DNA from: Saccharolobus solfataricus P2
GTDB taxonomy: Archaea; Thermoproteota; Thermoprotei_A; Sulfolobales; Sulfolobaceae
Strand: one strand, 5' to 3'
DNA: 64,000 bases
Assembly (NCBI RefSeq): GCF_000007005.1
Contig: NC_002754.1
The notes beneath the pieces were generated by a model. The model saw only the letters and a list, made by a program, of their open reading frames with translations. It made no database searches and had not been told where the DNA came from. Positions 34,745-50,504 of the stretch are shown here, one piece after another (positions within the stretch are counted from its first letter, which is position 1; every line of letters begins with the position of its first letter). The position numbers were made by a program, and so were the translations under genes.

Positions 34745-35259
34745 TACATAATCTTACTAGCTATTTCTTTAATGTTTTCGCATGCCTCTTTTACTCCATT
34801 TTCGCATGCCTTCCTTAGGACTTCATTACTTTCTCTAACTGCATTTAGTTTCTTATATGCCGTTCCTATCTTTAATAAGAATTCTGGATTAATTTTTTCA
34901 TTTTTCAAATCATTGTATAGCTTGTCTAATGAATCCTTTTTATTTGCCTTAACTATGACGTCTAGCGCCAGATCAACGTATTCACTCATCTTATTCATTA
35001 ACGCATAACAGTAAACTACTCTCTTTATATTGGCACAAGGGGATATATCAAATATTTTTCCTATGGAATCTAGGGTCTTTACGACTGCATCGCAATTTGC
35101 TGTATCTATTATATTGCATATAATCCAATTCGACTCTTTGATGTTTTCTGGTGATATAGTCTTAGAGAGTAATTCAATTCCTTGTTCGACGAAACCATCT
35201 AATATTAGCCTTTTGGCTTCAATTAATTTTCTTCTTAGTTCTTGGCTCTCGCTCATCAA
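34744..35259 (-). CDS. Conserved helical-repeat protein (DUF1955-like)
   Basis: ILDGFVEQG, NWIICNIID and ACENG.KEAC pattern; family name from recall. Confidence 0.7.
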   Translation of the reverse strand: MMSESQELRRKLIEAKRLILDGFVEQGIELLSKTISPENIKESNWIICNIIDTANCDAVVKTLDSIGKIFDISPCANIKRVVYCYALMNKMSEYVDLALDVIVKANKKDSLDKLYNDLKNEKINPEFLLKIGTAYKKLNAVRESNEVLRKACENGVKEACENIKEIASKIM

Positions 35260-35378
35260 TAATACTCTACGTATTAATAGTTTAAATTATTTCTTTAGAT
35301 CACTTCTTTTAGATTACATTAAAATTACATGGGAGTTTTTCTTTATCTCAAACATTATTGATTTAGCACATTCAGTAG

Positions 35379-36476
35379 TTATTCGTGATAGTACCGTGAA
35401 ATATAACCAAGATCTTTCGCTTTACCTAGGGCTAAATCAGTAGCATATCTCCCCATAGCTGGTCCATAACTCCATCCTAATCTGCATGCTCCTGTAACTA
35501 ATACTAAATTATTTCTCTTCCCTATTACTGGAAAACCGTCTGGTGAGCATGGTCTAAAACCCATGTTTAAATCGATTATGTATTGGATATCAACTAGCTC
35601 TTCTGCTTTTTTTAGAAAATCTTCTGCTCTTTTAGAGTCAATGGAAAAGTCTGCATCGAACCCTCCGGTTATCTTTATATGGTCACTTAACGGTGAGATA
35701 GCTAGACCATAATCAACAATAACCGCTGCACGATTTAACTTACTAACACCTTTGACTCTATATCCATAACCCTTGAACGCAGTTAGTGGGATTTTTAGGA
35801 TTCTAGACCAAATCCCAGCTGCTACTACTACTAAATCGTATTTTTCCCCATCTATATATCCCTCATCAGATACTTTGATAACCTCTTCATTTTTAACCTT
35901 TATATTGCTGACAATTTCTCTTGAAATTCTATCAATAAATTTTTCGGTAGAGATTCTACTTAGCTCTGGAAAGAATAATCCACCCGCAAAACCCTTGATC
36001 TCCTCAATTTCAAACTTAGGATTAAATGGGCTTTTCTTCTCATCCTCTATTCCACTTTCAAACTCTTTAGAATTGTAATATAGTTCAAGAAGACCGTCTT
36101 CGTGATAATCGAAATCATTCTTTTCCTCAGCAATTCTCTTATATTCTGATAAGGAAAACTTAGCCATCTCCCTCATTGTATCCCAAGCTTCTCCCGGAGG
36201 GTCCTTTTCCAGATTCTTAATAAGCTCTACTAACCAGAGTTTATCAACTTCCTTTATATCCGTACTTCCATTCATTTTATATTTTAACATCTTTTTAATC
36301 ATGCTAAGGGTATTTATTTTATCAAACCTATAAGGCTCTATTAAGCCTGCAGCGTGTATGGAACCAGCTCCTAGGAAGCCTTTTTCATATATTATAATGT
36401 CTTTTATCCCTTCCTTAGCTAGGTAGTAAGCAGTAAATAAACCTACTATCCCTCCTCCTACAATCCCAACTTTCAA
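35379..36476 (-). CDS. FAD-dependent oxidoreductase, D-amino acid dehydrogenase/DAO family
   Basis: VGGGIVG, GFRPCSPDG.P.IG, G...G...GPA.G. Confidence 0.85.
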   Translation of the reverse strand: MKVGIVGGGIVGLFTAYYLAKEGIKDIIIYEKGFLGAGSIHAAGLIEPYRFDKINTLSMIKKMLKYKMNGSTDIKEVDKLWLVELIKNLEKDPPGEAWDTMREMAKFSLSEYKRIAEEKNDFDYHEDGLLELYYNSKEFESGIEDEKKSPFNPKFEIEEIKGFAGGLFFPELSRISTEKFIDRISREIVSNIKVKNEEVIKVSDEGYIDGEKYDLVVVAAGIWSRILKIPLTAFKGYGYRVKGVSKLNRAAVIVDYGLAISPLSDHIKITGGFDADFSIDSKRAEDFLKKAEELVDIQYIIDLNMGFRPCSPDGFPVIGKRNNLVLVTGACRLGWSYGPAMGRYATDLALGKAKDLGYISRYYHE

Positions 36477-37159
36477 GTTAACTCTTTAATTAATTTCTCA
36501 GCAACTTTTTTAACTTTACTTTGTTGCATAGTTAGTTCTTCTAAATATCTAATATTCGCCTTTAACTCGTCTAAACTGATGAAATTTTCCTTAACTAGCA
36601 TAAAAGCTATCCTCCAAGCCAGTATTCTAACGTTGGCTTTTTTACTTTTTAGAAATTCTGAAAACCTATCCTTATCTGAGGAGTCAAATATCCCTTCATG
36701 TACTAATTTAACAAACAGTCTCCAAGCTTTTTTCCTAATAGTGGGATAAATACTTCTTAATAATCTCCAGTAGGCGTATCTCGTGCTTCTGATATGTTCT
36801 TTTGGAACTATCTCTAGTTGGATTAACTTTAGCACATTACTCCAAGCAGACCATTTTATCTTGTCTGATTGTGCTGTCAATGCTCTCTCAATCCCCTTTG
36901 TCTGTAAGATCTTATACACATGTAAGTGTTTCCAAGCATCGTCTCTAACTCCTTGCAATCTATGCCACAATAGTGATCTTAAATAATTCCTATACTGTTC
37001 TAGTTCATTAACATTCCCAGTCTCAATTAAGAAATCTATAGCTTTCCATCCAACTTCTCTTTCTAATCCATCTTTACTTTTTAGCAAGTTGAGTAAACTT
37101 CTTATATTCCTTATCAGATATTTGACGTCCTTTCTTTCCAATGCGTTCTTTATATTCAT
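36473..37159 (-). CDS. HEAT/ARM-like helical repeat hypothetical protein
   Basis: Repeated L.S....VR..AW units. Confidence 0.6.
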   Translation of the reverse strand: MNIKNALERKDVKYLIRNIRSLLNLLKSKDGLEREVGWKAIDFLIETGNVNELEQYRNYLRSLLWHRLQGVRDDAWKHLHVYKILQTKGIERALTAQSDKIKWSAWSNVLKLIQLEIVPKEHIRSTRYAYWRLLRSIYPTIRKKAWRLFVKLVHEGIFDSSDKDRFSEFLKSKKANVRILAWRIAFMLVKENFISLDELKANIRYLEELTMQQSKVKKVAEKLIKELT

Positions 37160-37168
37160 GATATCTCC

Positions 37169-38869
37169 TCAAAAAGAGGCTAAAGCCCTATATTTAGCCA
37201 TATCGAGAGTCTTTCTATAACACTCAGTTAAGGAGTTTATCACTGCATCCCATCTAAATCTACTCTTAACCCTAGTTATTGCATTTTCACGTACCTTATC
37301 CCAGTATCTCGTATCATCTACTTTAACCTCACTCGCCTTATATAACAAATCGCTTTTATTTAGCTCAGAAGCCTCTGACAAATATAATGCAATCCTTATG
37401 GCTCTAGCTAATTCGTCTATACTTTCAGGCTTAATTAAGAGACCTGTGGCATTATTCTTATCCTCCCTAATGTCAACGACTGTTTCTCTTAAACCCCCTA
37501 CGCTATAGGCAATTACTGGCAACCCCATAGCCATAGCCTCAATTGAATTTATGCCAAATGGTTCCCATCTAGATGGAATGACGAAGACTGAAGATACGTA
37601 GTGAAACAATTTATATAAATCTAAATCCATTCTACCCACTATTAACCTAATATTATCCTTAATTTCTGAAGCCCTCTCTATAATATCCCAAAGTAAGTTG
37701 TAATCCCCAGACGGTAGCCCAAAAATTAAGAGCCTAGCATTATTTATCTCATTCACAACTGTTTTCATAGCCCTTAAAAGTAAATCTACACCTTTTTGAT
37801 ATACTAATCTCCCAGTGAATAGAACAAGGGGTCCTTCCCCTAAATCGTCGTAAGTCCAATCATCTCTTAATCCTAGTCTATTTCTATTATTCCATAGCAT
37901 ATTGCCGGTAGTGTAATCCTCTGGAATAACCCTTAGGGAGTGCAGAGATGAAAGTAGCCTTCTCCTTAACTCCCTTCTGTCCTTAGTTCCATACATTGTA
38001 ACAGCCTTATTTTGGATCTCTTCCACATCCCAATCCGTACCATTATACGTTACACATGATTTATTGGCTACCCAATTTCCTACAAAATTAAATACGTCAA
38101 AACTTAAATAACTGTAACTTACACTACTCACCATATCAGCCTCGTAACAACCAAATTTCTCAATTTTTCCACCTGACAACACATCCCATACATATGAATA
38201 TTTATATAATTCATGCTTAGCTACCATCCAAATATAATGCCAACAATCCTCAATTCCAGACCAGTCTTGAGAAGCGTAGTGCCAAGGTACACCAATGTAA
38301 TTCAGTAAGTGAATAGTGTAAATAAATGGGACGATTATTCGTCTCTCTTCCAAGAGTTGTTTTATCCTAACTGCGGGAATTACGGCGTGCCAATCTTGTG
38401 CATGGATTATATCTGGAAGGTTAGATAGATTGCCTAAAGTGAACCCCTCTAATCCTCTTGTTAATAGCGAAATTTTCTCCATTGTGTTATCATAGATATT
38501 CCATGAATCTAATACCCTACCAGTGTTATAATCTAATCCTTTTACCAAAATTACCTTGAAATTATCTATTTTTCCTTCTTCAAATCCTATTTTATAATTA
38601 TAATAGTTATTATCTATACCCTTTCTTCTTCCCTCAACGATCATGTCAATATGTCTTAAACTTAAGAGAGACCTATAATATTCATTTAGATGCCTTCCAT
38701 GAGATGGCAAGAAAACCGTAATATCTACTCCCTTTTCAGCTAGATGTTTAGCTATGTTATATACAGCATTTCCTAATCCTCCAACACTTGCTATCTTTTG
38801 CAATTCAAATGTTATCATCCACACTTTTTTAATGTCCTCAGGTAACCACAATGATTCAATCCTTTTCAT
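37169..38869 (-). CDS. glgA: Glycogen synthase (GT4/GT5)
   Basis: KIASVGGLG, HAQDWH, GRLVYQKG, PSRWEPFG, GGLRETV. Confidence 0.92.
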   Translation of the reverse strand: MKRIESLWLPEDIKKVWMITFELQKIASVGGLGNAVYNIAKHLAEKGVDITVFLPSHGRHLNEYYRSLLSLRHIDMIVEGRRKGIDNNYYNYKIGFEEGKIDNFKVILVKGLDYNTGRVLDSWNIYDNTMEKISLLTRGLEGFTLGNLSNLPDIIHAQDWHAVIPAVRIKQLLEERRIIVPFIYTIHLLNYIGVPWHYASQDWSGIEDCWHYIWMVAKHELYKYSYVWDVLSGGKIEKFGCYEADMVSSVSYSYLSFDVFNFVGNWVANKSCVTYNGTDWDVEEIQNKAVTMYGTKDRRELRRRLLSSLHSLRVIPEDYTTGNMLWNNRNRLGLRDDWTYDDLGEGPLVLFTGRLVYQKGVDLLLRAMKTVVNEINNARLLIFGLPSGDYNLLWDIIERASEIKDNIRLIVGRMDLDLYKLFHYVSSVFVIPSRWEPFGINSIEAMAMGLPVIAYSVGGLRETVVDIREDKNNATGLLIKPESIDELARAIRIALYLSEASELNKSDLLYKASEVKVDDTRYWDKVRENAITRVKSRFRWDAVINSLTECYRKTLDMAKYRALASF

Positions 38870-40199
38870 TTCCTAACCACAGCCTTAAGTTTTTCAAATG
38901 AGTTTTAAACCTTTCATCTCTCATTACAATTTCCATGAACTCTTTTTCATTCCAAGCTATCGACGCTCTCTTATCTCCTAATATGAATATATAAGGCTCA
39001 TTCTTAATATTTAATTTACTTATTTCTTCATGTATAAATGTCGATATTGCATAAAATTCATTTATAAACGCATCTATAGGGGATCCAAAGGCGTTAAAAT
39101 AGGAATGTACTTCAGCTGGACTCCCATGCCCTAAATAAAGATAATAGTAATTATCGCTTGTAGTAAAATATCTCCAGACCCTTAAATACTCATTACCCAA
39201 TTCCCTTGAGGGCATCTCAGCCCTTCTAACCGCATCATCGTAAGCCCATTGCATTATATTTCCCAACCAACTTTTCTCATCTTTTTCTATATCAGCCCAC
39301 GAGGTAGTATGAGCAATTTCTATTTCATCATAGACGTCATTGTAAACTTCCTTTGGCATCATCATTTCAACTCCTTTACTGTTAAGCTCTATTGGTAACC
39401 ATTTAAGAAATTCTAAAATTCCAGTTTGTTCTCTGTGGTGTTCTCCAAAAGTCTCGTAATCTACGAATATTAATCCTACATTTCCCTCACTTCTACTTAT
39501 CCAATCAGCATACTTGGAAGCTGTTAACGGATATTGATCCCAATTTGGATTAGAAAATCTGAAGGCTATATCATCACTTAACGTATAATTCCTAAACAAC
39601 ATTCTAATCTCATGTCCCTTCAATTTATAGACGTAATTTGGACTTCGTCCATTTAAATTTCTATTAGTTCCCTCACTTAACATCATCTTAAAGCCCATTT
39701 TTTCAACTTCTTCTACAATATCCTTTTTAGTAATTAATTCAGTATTTTCAAAAGTGGTAGGATATTGTCCAAAATAAGACTTTATCGTATCCTTATGCAT
39801 CTTAACTTGCTCTTTCCATTCACTTTTATCCTCCCAAAGGCTGGTTACAGAATGATAATAGGTTTGCGCTAGAAATTCAACTTTATGTGTATATGCCAAT
39901 TGTTGAAATAATTCTATTACCTCTCTTCCCCATCTCTCCGCTTGCTCTAAGAAAGTCCCTGAAATTGAAAAGAAGTATTTAACGTTATTTCCTTCTTCTT
40001 CGGCTCTTTCAATAGAGCTTAGTATTATGTTTGTTGCAGGGATGTAGCAGTTCTTCTTTATTCTCTCAAATATCTCTTTATTTCTCTCAGTATCGAAAAA
40101 TCTATCCTCTAGCTTTTGTCTAAATCGCGGGTTCCAGAAGAAATCTCTTCTAATCCTGAATGGTTGGTGAACTTCAAATCCTACTATTACTCTTTTCAT
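38856..40199 (-). CDS. amyA: GH57 alpha-amylase
   Basis: HQP, ENTEL, VDYETFGEH, SWAD and TSDNYY GH57 motifs. Confidence 0.9.
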   Translation of the reverse strand: MKRVIVGFEVHQPFRIRRDFFWNPRFRQKLEDRFFDTERNKEIFERIKKNCYIPATNIILSSIERAEEEGNNVKYFFSISGTFLEQAERWGREVIELFQQLAYTHKVEFLAQTYYHSVTSLWEDKSEWKEQVKMHKDTIKSYFGQYPTTFENTELITKKDIVEEVEKMGFKMMLSEGTNRNLNGRSPNYVYKLKGHEIRMLFRNYTLSDDIAFRFSNPNWDQYPLTASKYADWISRSEGNVGLIFVDYETFGEHHREQTGILEFLKWLPIELNSKGVEMMMPKEVYNDVYDEIEIAHTTSWADIEKDEKSWLGNIMQWAYDDAVRRAEMPSRELGNEYLRVWRYFTTSDNYYYLYLGHGSPAEVHSYFNAFGSPIDAFINEFYAISTFIHEEISKLNIKNEPYIFILGDKRASIAWNEKEFMEIVMRDERFKTHLKNLRLWLGNEKD

Positions 40200-40233
40200 A
40201 TCTTTTTATAAGTTACACATTCATAAATATTAT

Positions 40234-41502
40234 TTGATGACAAAGTGGGATATATCAGATGTAAAAGTTATAATTCCCATAGGGGGTGAGGCTACTAGAC
40301 TAAGACCCTTAACAATAGAAACATCTAAAGCAGCTGTTAGATTACTTAATAGACCGCTTATTGAATATACAATTTTAGAGTTAGCTAAACAAGGTATTAA
40401 GGAATTTATCTTTGGTGTAAAAGGGTATGTAAATTATAGGTCTTTGTTTGACTTATTCAAGGAGGGTATTGGTTTTTCGGCAAGATACAAGATTAAGCCA
40501 AGAGTTCACTTTAAGTATCAACCGAGAGTAGATAGTATAGGTAACGCTGACTCTGTAAGAATAAATATTGAATATTATGACATTAATGAACCAATTGTAG
40601 TAGTGCAAGGCGATAATATATTCAAATTAGATATAACGAAAGCATTGGAATTTCATGAATCCAAAAGTTCGCTTATGACCATAGTGCTAAAGAAGTATGA
40701 AGGAGACTTAAGCGAATTTGGCGTAGCTGATACCACTGGAGATTTAGCAATAAGAAAATTTGTTGAGAAGCCAAAAAGAAGAGAGGACGCACCATCAGAT
40801 TTAATAAATACTGGGATTTACATCTTGTCCCCTGAAATAAGAAAGATATTCAAGAGTAATGACGTGAAGGAAATGTACAAAATGGGCAAAATGGATTTTG
40901 GAAAGGATATAATTCCATACTTGATAAATAAAGGTTATCCAGTTTACGGATATCCCATGAAGGAAATATGGTTTGATATAGGTACTCCAGAGCGTTATTT
41001 GGACGCAATGGTTACGCTACTGCACACATTGTCAGATTCTGAAATAGGTGGAATAAGAATAGATCCTAATAGACGTATATTTGTACAAGGAACAAGCCCA
41101 GACTCAAGGAAGAGAAGAAGAGAGATACAGAGAAAATTCAAGAAAGGACTCATAAAGATTGAGGGCGATGCACTTATCGGTAGGCATTGTCAAATAGGTG
41201 ACGATACATATATAGAGGAGTCTAATATAGACAATTTTACAATGATTGGGAAGGGTGTAAAGATAGTAAGAAGTGCAATTATGGATAGAGGCTATATTGG
41301 AGATAATGTGCATATTGAAAATTCGATAATAGCTAGGCACGTCGAGATAAGGTCAAATAATGAGAAGCCAGTTAGAATAATAAATAGTGTAATTGCTGAC
41401 GATGTAATAGTAGGAGAAGGTACCGAGATTATAAATTCCAGAATTTACCCACACAAGTTTATAAATGCCGGGAGTAGAATTCATGATACAATATTGACAT
41501 GA
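40234..41502 (+). CDS. NDP-sugar pyrophosphorylase (glucose-1-P nucleotidyltransferase, GlgC-like) with C-terminal beta-helix
   Basis: [27 protein letters not shown] and hexapeptide repeats; located in the glycogen cluster. Confidence 0.85.
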   Translation: MMTKWDISDVKVIIPIGGEATRLRPLTIETSKAAVRLLNRPLIEYTILELAKQGIKEFIFGVKGYVNYRSLFDLFKEGIGFSARYKIKPRVHFKYQPRVDSIGNADSVRINIEYYDINEPIVVVQGDNIFKLDITKALEFHESKSSLMTIVLKKYEGDLSEFGVADTTGDLAIRKFVEKPKRREDAPSDLINTGIYILSPEIRKIFKSNDVKEMYKMGKMDFGKDIIPYLINKGYPVYGYPMKEIWFDIGTPERYLDAMVTLLHTLSDSEIGGIRIDPNRRIFVQGTSPDSRKRRREIQRKFKKGLIKIEGDALIGRHCQIGDDTYIEESNIDNFTMIGKGVKIVRSAIMDRGYIGDNVHIENSIIARHVEIRSNNEKPVRIINSVIADDVIVGEGTEIINSRIYPHKFINAGSRIHDTILT

Positions 41503-41515
41503 AAGGCATTTCACC

Positions 41516-43384
<1,869 letters not shown>

Positions 43385-43391
43385 CCCTTGA

Positions 43392-45234
43392 ATGATCCCC
43401 TTAGACCAGTGTGAGGAGGAGTGGCTTTTACCAACTAGGACTGGAGGATATGCATCATCTACAATATGCGGAATAAACGCTAGAACTTATCATGGATATC
43501 TAATAGTACCACTAAACCAACCACATCATAGATTTCTAATACTTTCCAAGTTTGAGGATTTCTTACTTATTAACGGCGATACATACTCGATGTCTACTAA
43601 TTATTATCCCGGCTCCTACTATCCAGATGGTTATAAATATTTAATTAAAGTTGAAAAAAACAGTAATAGCAAAATAACTTGGCATTATGACTTTGGTTAT
43701 TCGCAAGTGGAAAAAACTCTAAGAGTTCATAAAGGCTATAATGCAATAACAATCACCTATATTGCAACTAGGGGTAAATTCAAATTATGTCCCTTCATTA
43801 CCTTTAGAAGCCATCATCTAGCTAAGAAATTACAGAATGAGTTCTTTACATACGAGATTTATCCTCCAAATACAATTTACATATTATATGAGGGGAAGAG
43901 GATTTTGAACTTTGAGATTCATGATAAGTATGAGCTTTTTAATTCTGGTTATTGGTACTATAACTTTATTTATAAATTAGATCAAGAATTAGGAAACAAC
44001 TACATAGAAGATTTATATAATCCTTTCTGCATTGTCTCAACCTCAAATAAGATCTCGGTTACGGTATATTATGATCAACGTCCAAAGGATCTAAGCGTTG
44101 AAGAAAATGAACATTATGACATTTTAAAACTTCTTTCGGCTGCAGGGAAAGACTTTGTAGTTAAAGGGAAAGATGGTTGGGCAATCATAGCAGGATATCA
44201 TTGGTTTGACGAATGGGGTAGAGATACTTTCATATCTTTGGAGGGACTTTTGCTTGTTGACAAGCAGTATGATATTGCTAAAGAGATAATTCTCAAGTAT
44301 TTAAATCTAGAAAAAAGGGGTATGCTACCGAACAATTTCATAAGCTATAATGGAGAACCAGTATACAGAGGTGTCGATATTTCGCTCTGGGCTATAAATG
44401 CAATTTACAAAACTTATATTTACTCACGAGATAAGAACTTCATCAGAAAGGTAGTAGATAAGGTTCTAGACATAATAGACTGGTATTCCAAGGGAAATGG
44501 GGTAATCTATAACGTTGATAACCTAATTTTCCATAAAGGAGCCCCTAGAACCTGGATGGACGCTTCATATGATAGTAGGATAGTAACCCCCAGAGAAGGT
44601 GCTGCAGTTGAGATAAACGCATTATGGTATAACGCACTAAGAGTAACTGAATTCTTACTTAACGAACTTGGAGAAAAAGCAGAATATTTATCTGAAAAAG
44701 CAGAAAGTGTAAAGAAGTCGTTTGCAGAAAAATTCATTTCACAGGATGGTCTTTACGATTATATAAACTGGGATAACATTCCCGATAAGAGCATAAGACC
44801 TAATCAAATATTTTCCATTTCTCTACCTTTCCCAATAATAGACGATAAGAGCATAGCTTCTAAGATTTTAACACTTATTGAAAGTAAGTTGCTTAGACAA
44901 TATGGATTAAGTAGTTTAAGTAGAGAAGATCCAAACTATAAACCAGTATATAAGGGGGATAGGAGAAGTAGAGAAAGCTTACCACAATGGACCCATATGG
45001 CCTTGGTTACTAGGCGCCTATGTTGATTCTAAATTAAGACTTGAAAGCAACATAATGGAACTAAAACTTTTGTTAGAGTACTTCAATCCCCTTTTAGCTC
45101 ATGCTAGCAAAAACCAAGGATATATTCCGGAAATTTTTGATGATATACCACCATATAAGCCAAGGGGCTGTTTTGCACAAGCATGGAGTAATGCAGAGGT
45201 ATATAGGGTGCTAGTTAACTTGTCCAAACTATAG
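43392..45234 (+). pseudogene. Glycogen debranching enzyme (amylo-alpha-1,6-glucosidase), frameshifted near 44976
   Basis: [13 protein letters not shown] and TWMDA in frame 1; the +1 frame continues [11 protein letters not shown]...PEIFD...AQAWSNAE to TAG 45234. Confidence 0.88.
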
Positions 45235-45272
45235 GGATAAGTTTTTTAGGGGTAAAAGTTTAATCTATTCCT

Positions 45273-46463
45273 ATGAAAATCAGAATACTAACCTTAACTT
45301 CATTATCCCACTTTATAAACGACGGAAATAGCTGGGTCCTTCCAGTGACGTTCATATTCCTAATAACGTATCTTGGTATATCAAAATTCCTAATCGGAAT
45401 ACTATCTGGCGCATTTTTCTTCGGAATATCAGCATTAGCTTCGCCTTTAGTCTCCAAGATAGCAGACAAGTTTACCAATTATTCCAGCATAATGGGAATA
45501 GGAATATTACTATGGGGAATTGGATTAATATCATTCGGTTACTCAATACAACTCCACTTTTTGCCATTAGTATTCATTTCAGTGGCAATAGCTGGTTTTG
45601 CATCAGCATTCTATCACCCAATAGGTGCGGCTGTTCTATCAATAACATACAAGGGAAATGCTGGTATTGCATTAGGCATAAACGGGTCAATGGGTAGCCT
45701 TGGCAGGGCAATTTACCCAACATTAACCCTTTCACTATTTGCAATATTGAATAAGGATATGACCTTAGATATGTTAATAATAGGTATAATATCAATAATA
45801 GCTGCATTGCCATCAATATTCCTAAAGATTTCTATCACGAAAGAGGAGGATCATAAAACACCTTCCTCTTCCAATACCACTAGTACCAGAGGCACATTAT
45901 TTGTAGTAATCTTATTGACTATCATTGCATTACTACGAAGTATATTTGGTCAAGGAATTTCACAATTCCTTCCAACATTATTAGTAGAAAATTATGGTTA
46001 TTCTTACAACGTTAACTTAGGTGAAGCAATTACAATCGCTCTAGCAGCAGCTATAGTAGGGCAACCAATACTAGGATTCCTATCAGATAGAGTAGGGAGA
46101 AGGCTAATTTACGCTATATCGACCTTTGGTGCTGCCTTAACATTACTTTTGTTTCTAAAAATACCAAACATAGCCTTGCTATCATTATTTGGATTTTTTA
46201 ACTTCAGCGCATTCCCACTAATGCTATCAATAGTAGGAGATTTTGTACCTAGAAATTCAGCGAGTTTTGCCAATTCACTAGTTTGGGGATTAGGAGTTAC
46301 TGGTGGTGGAGTTATTGGTCCAATAGTAGTGGGAGCAGTATCCCAAGTTTCAAACTTAGTGTTCGCAAGTGAAATAGTAACCATAATGGCTTTCGTCGCA
46401 GGAGCGTTAACAGCATTAATTCCTAAACCACCAAAGAGAACCAAAGTACCATTATTTGGATAA
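45273..46463 (+). CDS. MFS transporter (FsR-like)
   Basis: About 12 TM segments, HFIND, AFYHPIG, GFLSDRVGRR. Confidence 0.9.
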   Translation: MKIRILTLTSLSHFINDGNSWVLPVTFIFLITYLGISKFLIGILSGAFFFGISALASPLVSKIADKFTNYSSIMGIGILLWGIGLISFGYSIQLHFLPLVFISVAIAGFASAFYHPIGAAVLSITYKGNAGIALGINGSMGSLGRAIYPTLTLSLFAILNKDMTLDMLIIGIISIIAALPSIFLKISITKEEDHKTPSSSNTTSTRGTLFVVILLTIIALLRSIFGQGISQFLPTLLVENYGYSYNVNLGEAITIALAAAIVGQPILGFLSDRVGRRLIYAISTFGAALTLLLFLKIPNIALLSLFGFFNFSAFPLMLSIVGDFVPRNSASFANSLVWGLGVTGGGVIGPIVVGAVSQVSNLVFASEIVTIMAFVAGALTALIPKPPKRTKVPLFG

Positions 46464-46494
46464 ATTTTTTATCCATAAATTTTATATAGTTCTC

Positions 46495-46840
46495 GTGGTT
46501 AAAAAGACGGAAAAAATTCTCGGCGGCATTATAACATTACTTATTTTAAAGACGCTTTTAGAAGAACCGAAACATGGATATGAACTTGAAAAGATAATAA
46601 GAGAGAAGTTGGATTATAAACTACCAGAAGGGTCAATATATGTTATATTAAAGAACTTAGAAAGAAGAGGATTAATAAAGCCGCAAGTTATGAAAAACGA
46701 GAGAGGACATGATATAAAGAAGTACATAATAACTGAAGAAGGAAAAAAAATTCTTCCTATCACATGAGAAACCACTAATAGCTGTAAGAAAGGTATTAGA
46801 CGAGATAATAGCGGATATCCAAAAATTAAAGATTAGATAG
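46495..46840 (+). pseudogene. PadR-family regulator with frameshift in an A8 run (46743-50)
   Basis: LLILKTL....HGYEL...GSIYVILKNLE..G...Y.ITEEG; removing one A gives the C-terminal helix FFLSHEKPLIAVRKVLDEIIADIQKLKIR*. Confidence 0.75.
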
Positions 46841-47197
46841 TAAACCCTCCACGAACTTATCCATCTTGTCTAACAACTCCTTATTTCTTATATCATACTC
46901 CTCCCCAACCTCACTTGGCTTCCTATAACCAATCTTAACAACATTGTTCTCGCTCCAGACTAGGAACCTTAACGGCAATTCGTAAGCTACATGTCTGTTG
47001 TGAAGCATCAATAATGTGCCAACACTAGGGTTTCCAAAATAAATTACGATAGTTGGCTCTAAACTAAGCCCAACCTTCCTTGCATTCTCGGAATGATCAA
47101 TAATTGCAAAAACTTCAGCTCCAGATGATTTTATCCTTTCGATTAGCGTCTTAACACATTCGTTAAACCCAAGCTTACATTCCTTAACGTTAAACAT
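46826..47197 (-). CDS. DUF302 domain protein
   Basis: FAIIDHS, IYFGNP..GT.LM, ELPLRFLVW. Confidence 0.85.
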   Translation of the reverse strand: MFNVKECKLGFNECVKTLIERIKSSGAEVFAIIDHSENARKVGLSLEPTIVIYFGNPSVGTLLMLHNRHVAYELPLRFLVWSENNVVKIGYRKPSEVGEEYDIRNKELLDKMDKFVEGLLSNL

Positions 47198-47238
47198 TAA
47201 GTTAGACTAAAACACATACTTAAAAAGTTTTTCCAAAA

Positions 47239-49564
<2,326 letters not shown>

Positions 49565-49568
49565 GAAA

Positions 49569-50504
49569 ATGACAAGAGTTGAAGAGTTACTCAGTCAAAT
49601 AAAGAACCTAAAAACTGAAAAGAATGCAATAATTTTAGGACATAATTACATGGAATACTCTGTTCAGTTAGTTTCAGACTTCACTGGAGATTCTTACGAC
49701 TTGGCAGTTAAGGCAATGAAGACAAACGCTAAGATAATATTATTTGCAGGAGTGTACTTCATGGCAGAACAAGCCTCAGCATTAAATCCAAACAAGAAAG
49801 TACTCTCCCCAGATCCTAATGCGGGTTGTACGTTATCTGATTCACTTGACGTTAAAACATTGCAAGAATATAAAGAGAAGTACCCTAATGCCCCAGTAGT
49901 GCTTTACATAAATACCAGCATTTATGCTAAGGCTTTAGCAGATTACATAGTAACATCTTCAACTGCAGTGAAAGTCGTGCAGAAACTAAACGCAGATACA
50001 ATACTATTTGGACCAGATGCTAATCTAGCTAACTACGTTCAACAAAAAGTTCCCAATAAGAAGATTATTAAAGTACCGCCAAATGGTAGATGTATAGTAC
50101 ATGCCAACTATACTAAACAACTAGTAGAACTAGCAAGGAAGAAGTACCCTAATGCTCTATTAATGGCTCATCCAGAGGCACCATTAGAAATTTTAGAAAG
50201 CGCAGATTTCGTGGGATCCACTAATCAAATGATACAATTCTCAAAAGAGAACAAAAATGAGGAGTTCATAGTTGCAACGGAAATAGGTATGATAAATGCT
50301 CTGAAGATTAAGAATCCGAGTAAGAAATTCTATCCACTCGTTACGACGGAAGCTTGTGCTTGTGCTAGGTGCCCATATATGAATATGATAAATTTGGAAA
50401 AGGTAAAGAGGTCTTTAGAGGAAGAGGTTTACGAGGTTAAGGTACCAGAGGATATTGCAGAAAGGGTTAAAAGGGCATTTGAAAATACTATGAAGTTGCT
50501 ATAA
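49569..50504 (+). CDS. nadA: Quinolinate synthase
   Basis: ILGHNY, GDSYDL, GVYFMAE, AGCTLS, YINT, TSS, CIVH, AHPE, GST, ATE, CPYM. Confidence 0.95.
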   Translation: MTRVEELLSQIKNLKTEKNAIILGHNYMEYSVQLVSDFTGDSYDLAVKAMKTNAKIILFAGVYFMAEQASALNPNKKVLSPDPNAGCTLSDSLDVKTLQEYKEKYPNAPVVLYINTSIYAKALADYIVTSSTAVKVVQKLNADTILFGPDANLANYVQQKVPNKKIIKVPPNGRCIVHANYTKQLVELARKKYPNALLMAHPEAPLEILESADFVGSTNQMIQFSKENKNEEFIVATEIGMINALKIKNPSKKFYPLVTTEACACARCPYMNMINLEKVKRSLEEEVYEVKVPEDIAERVKRAFENTMKLL

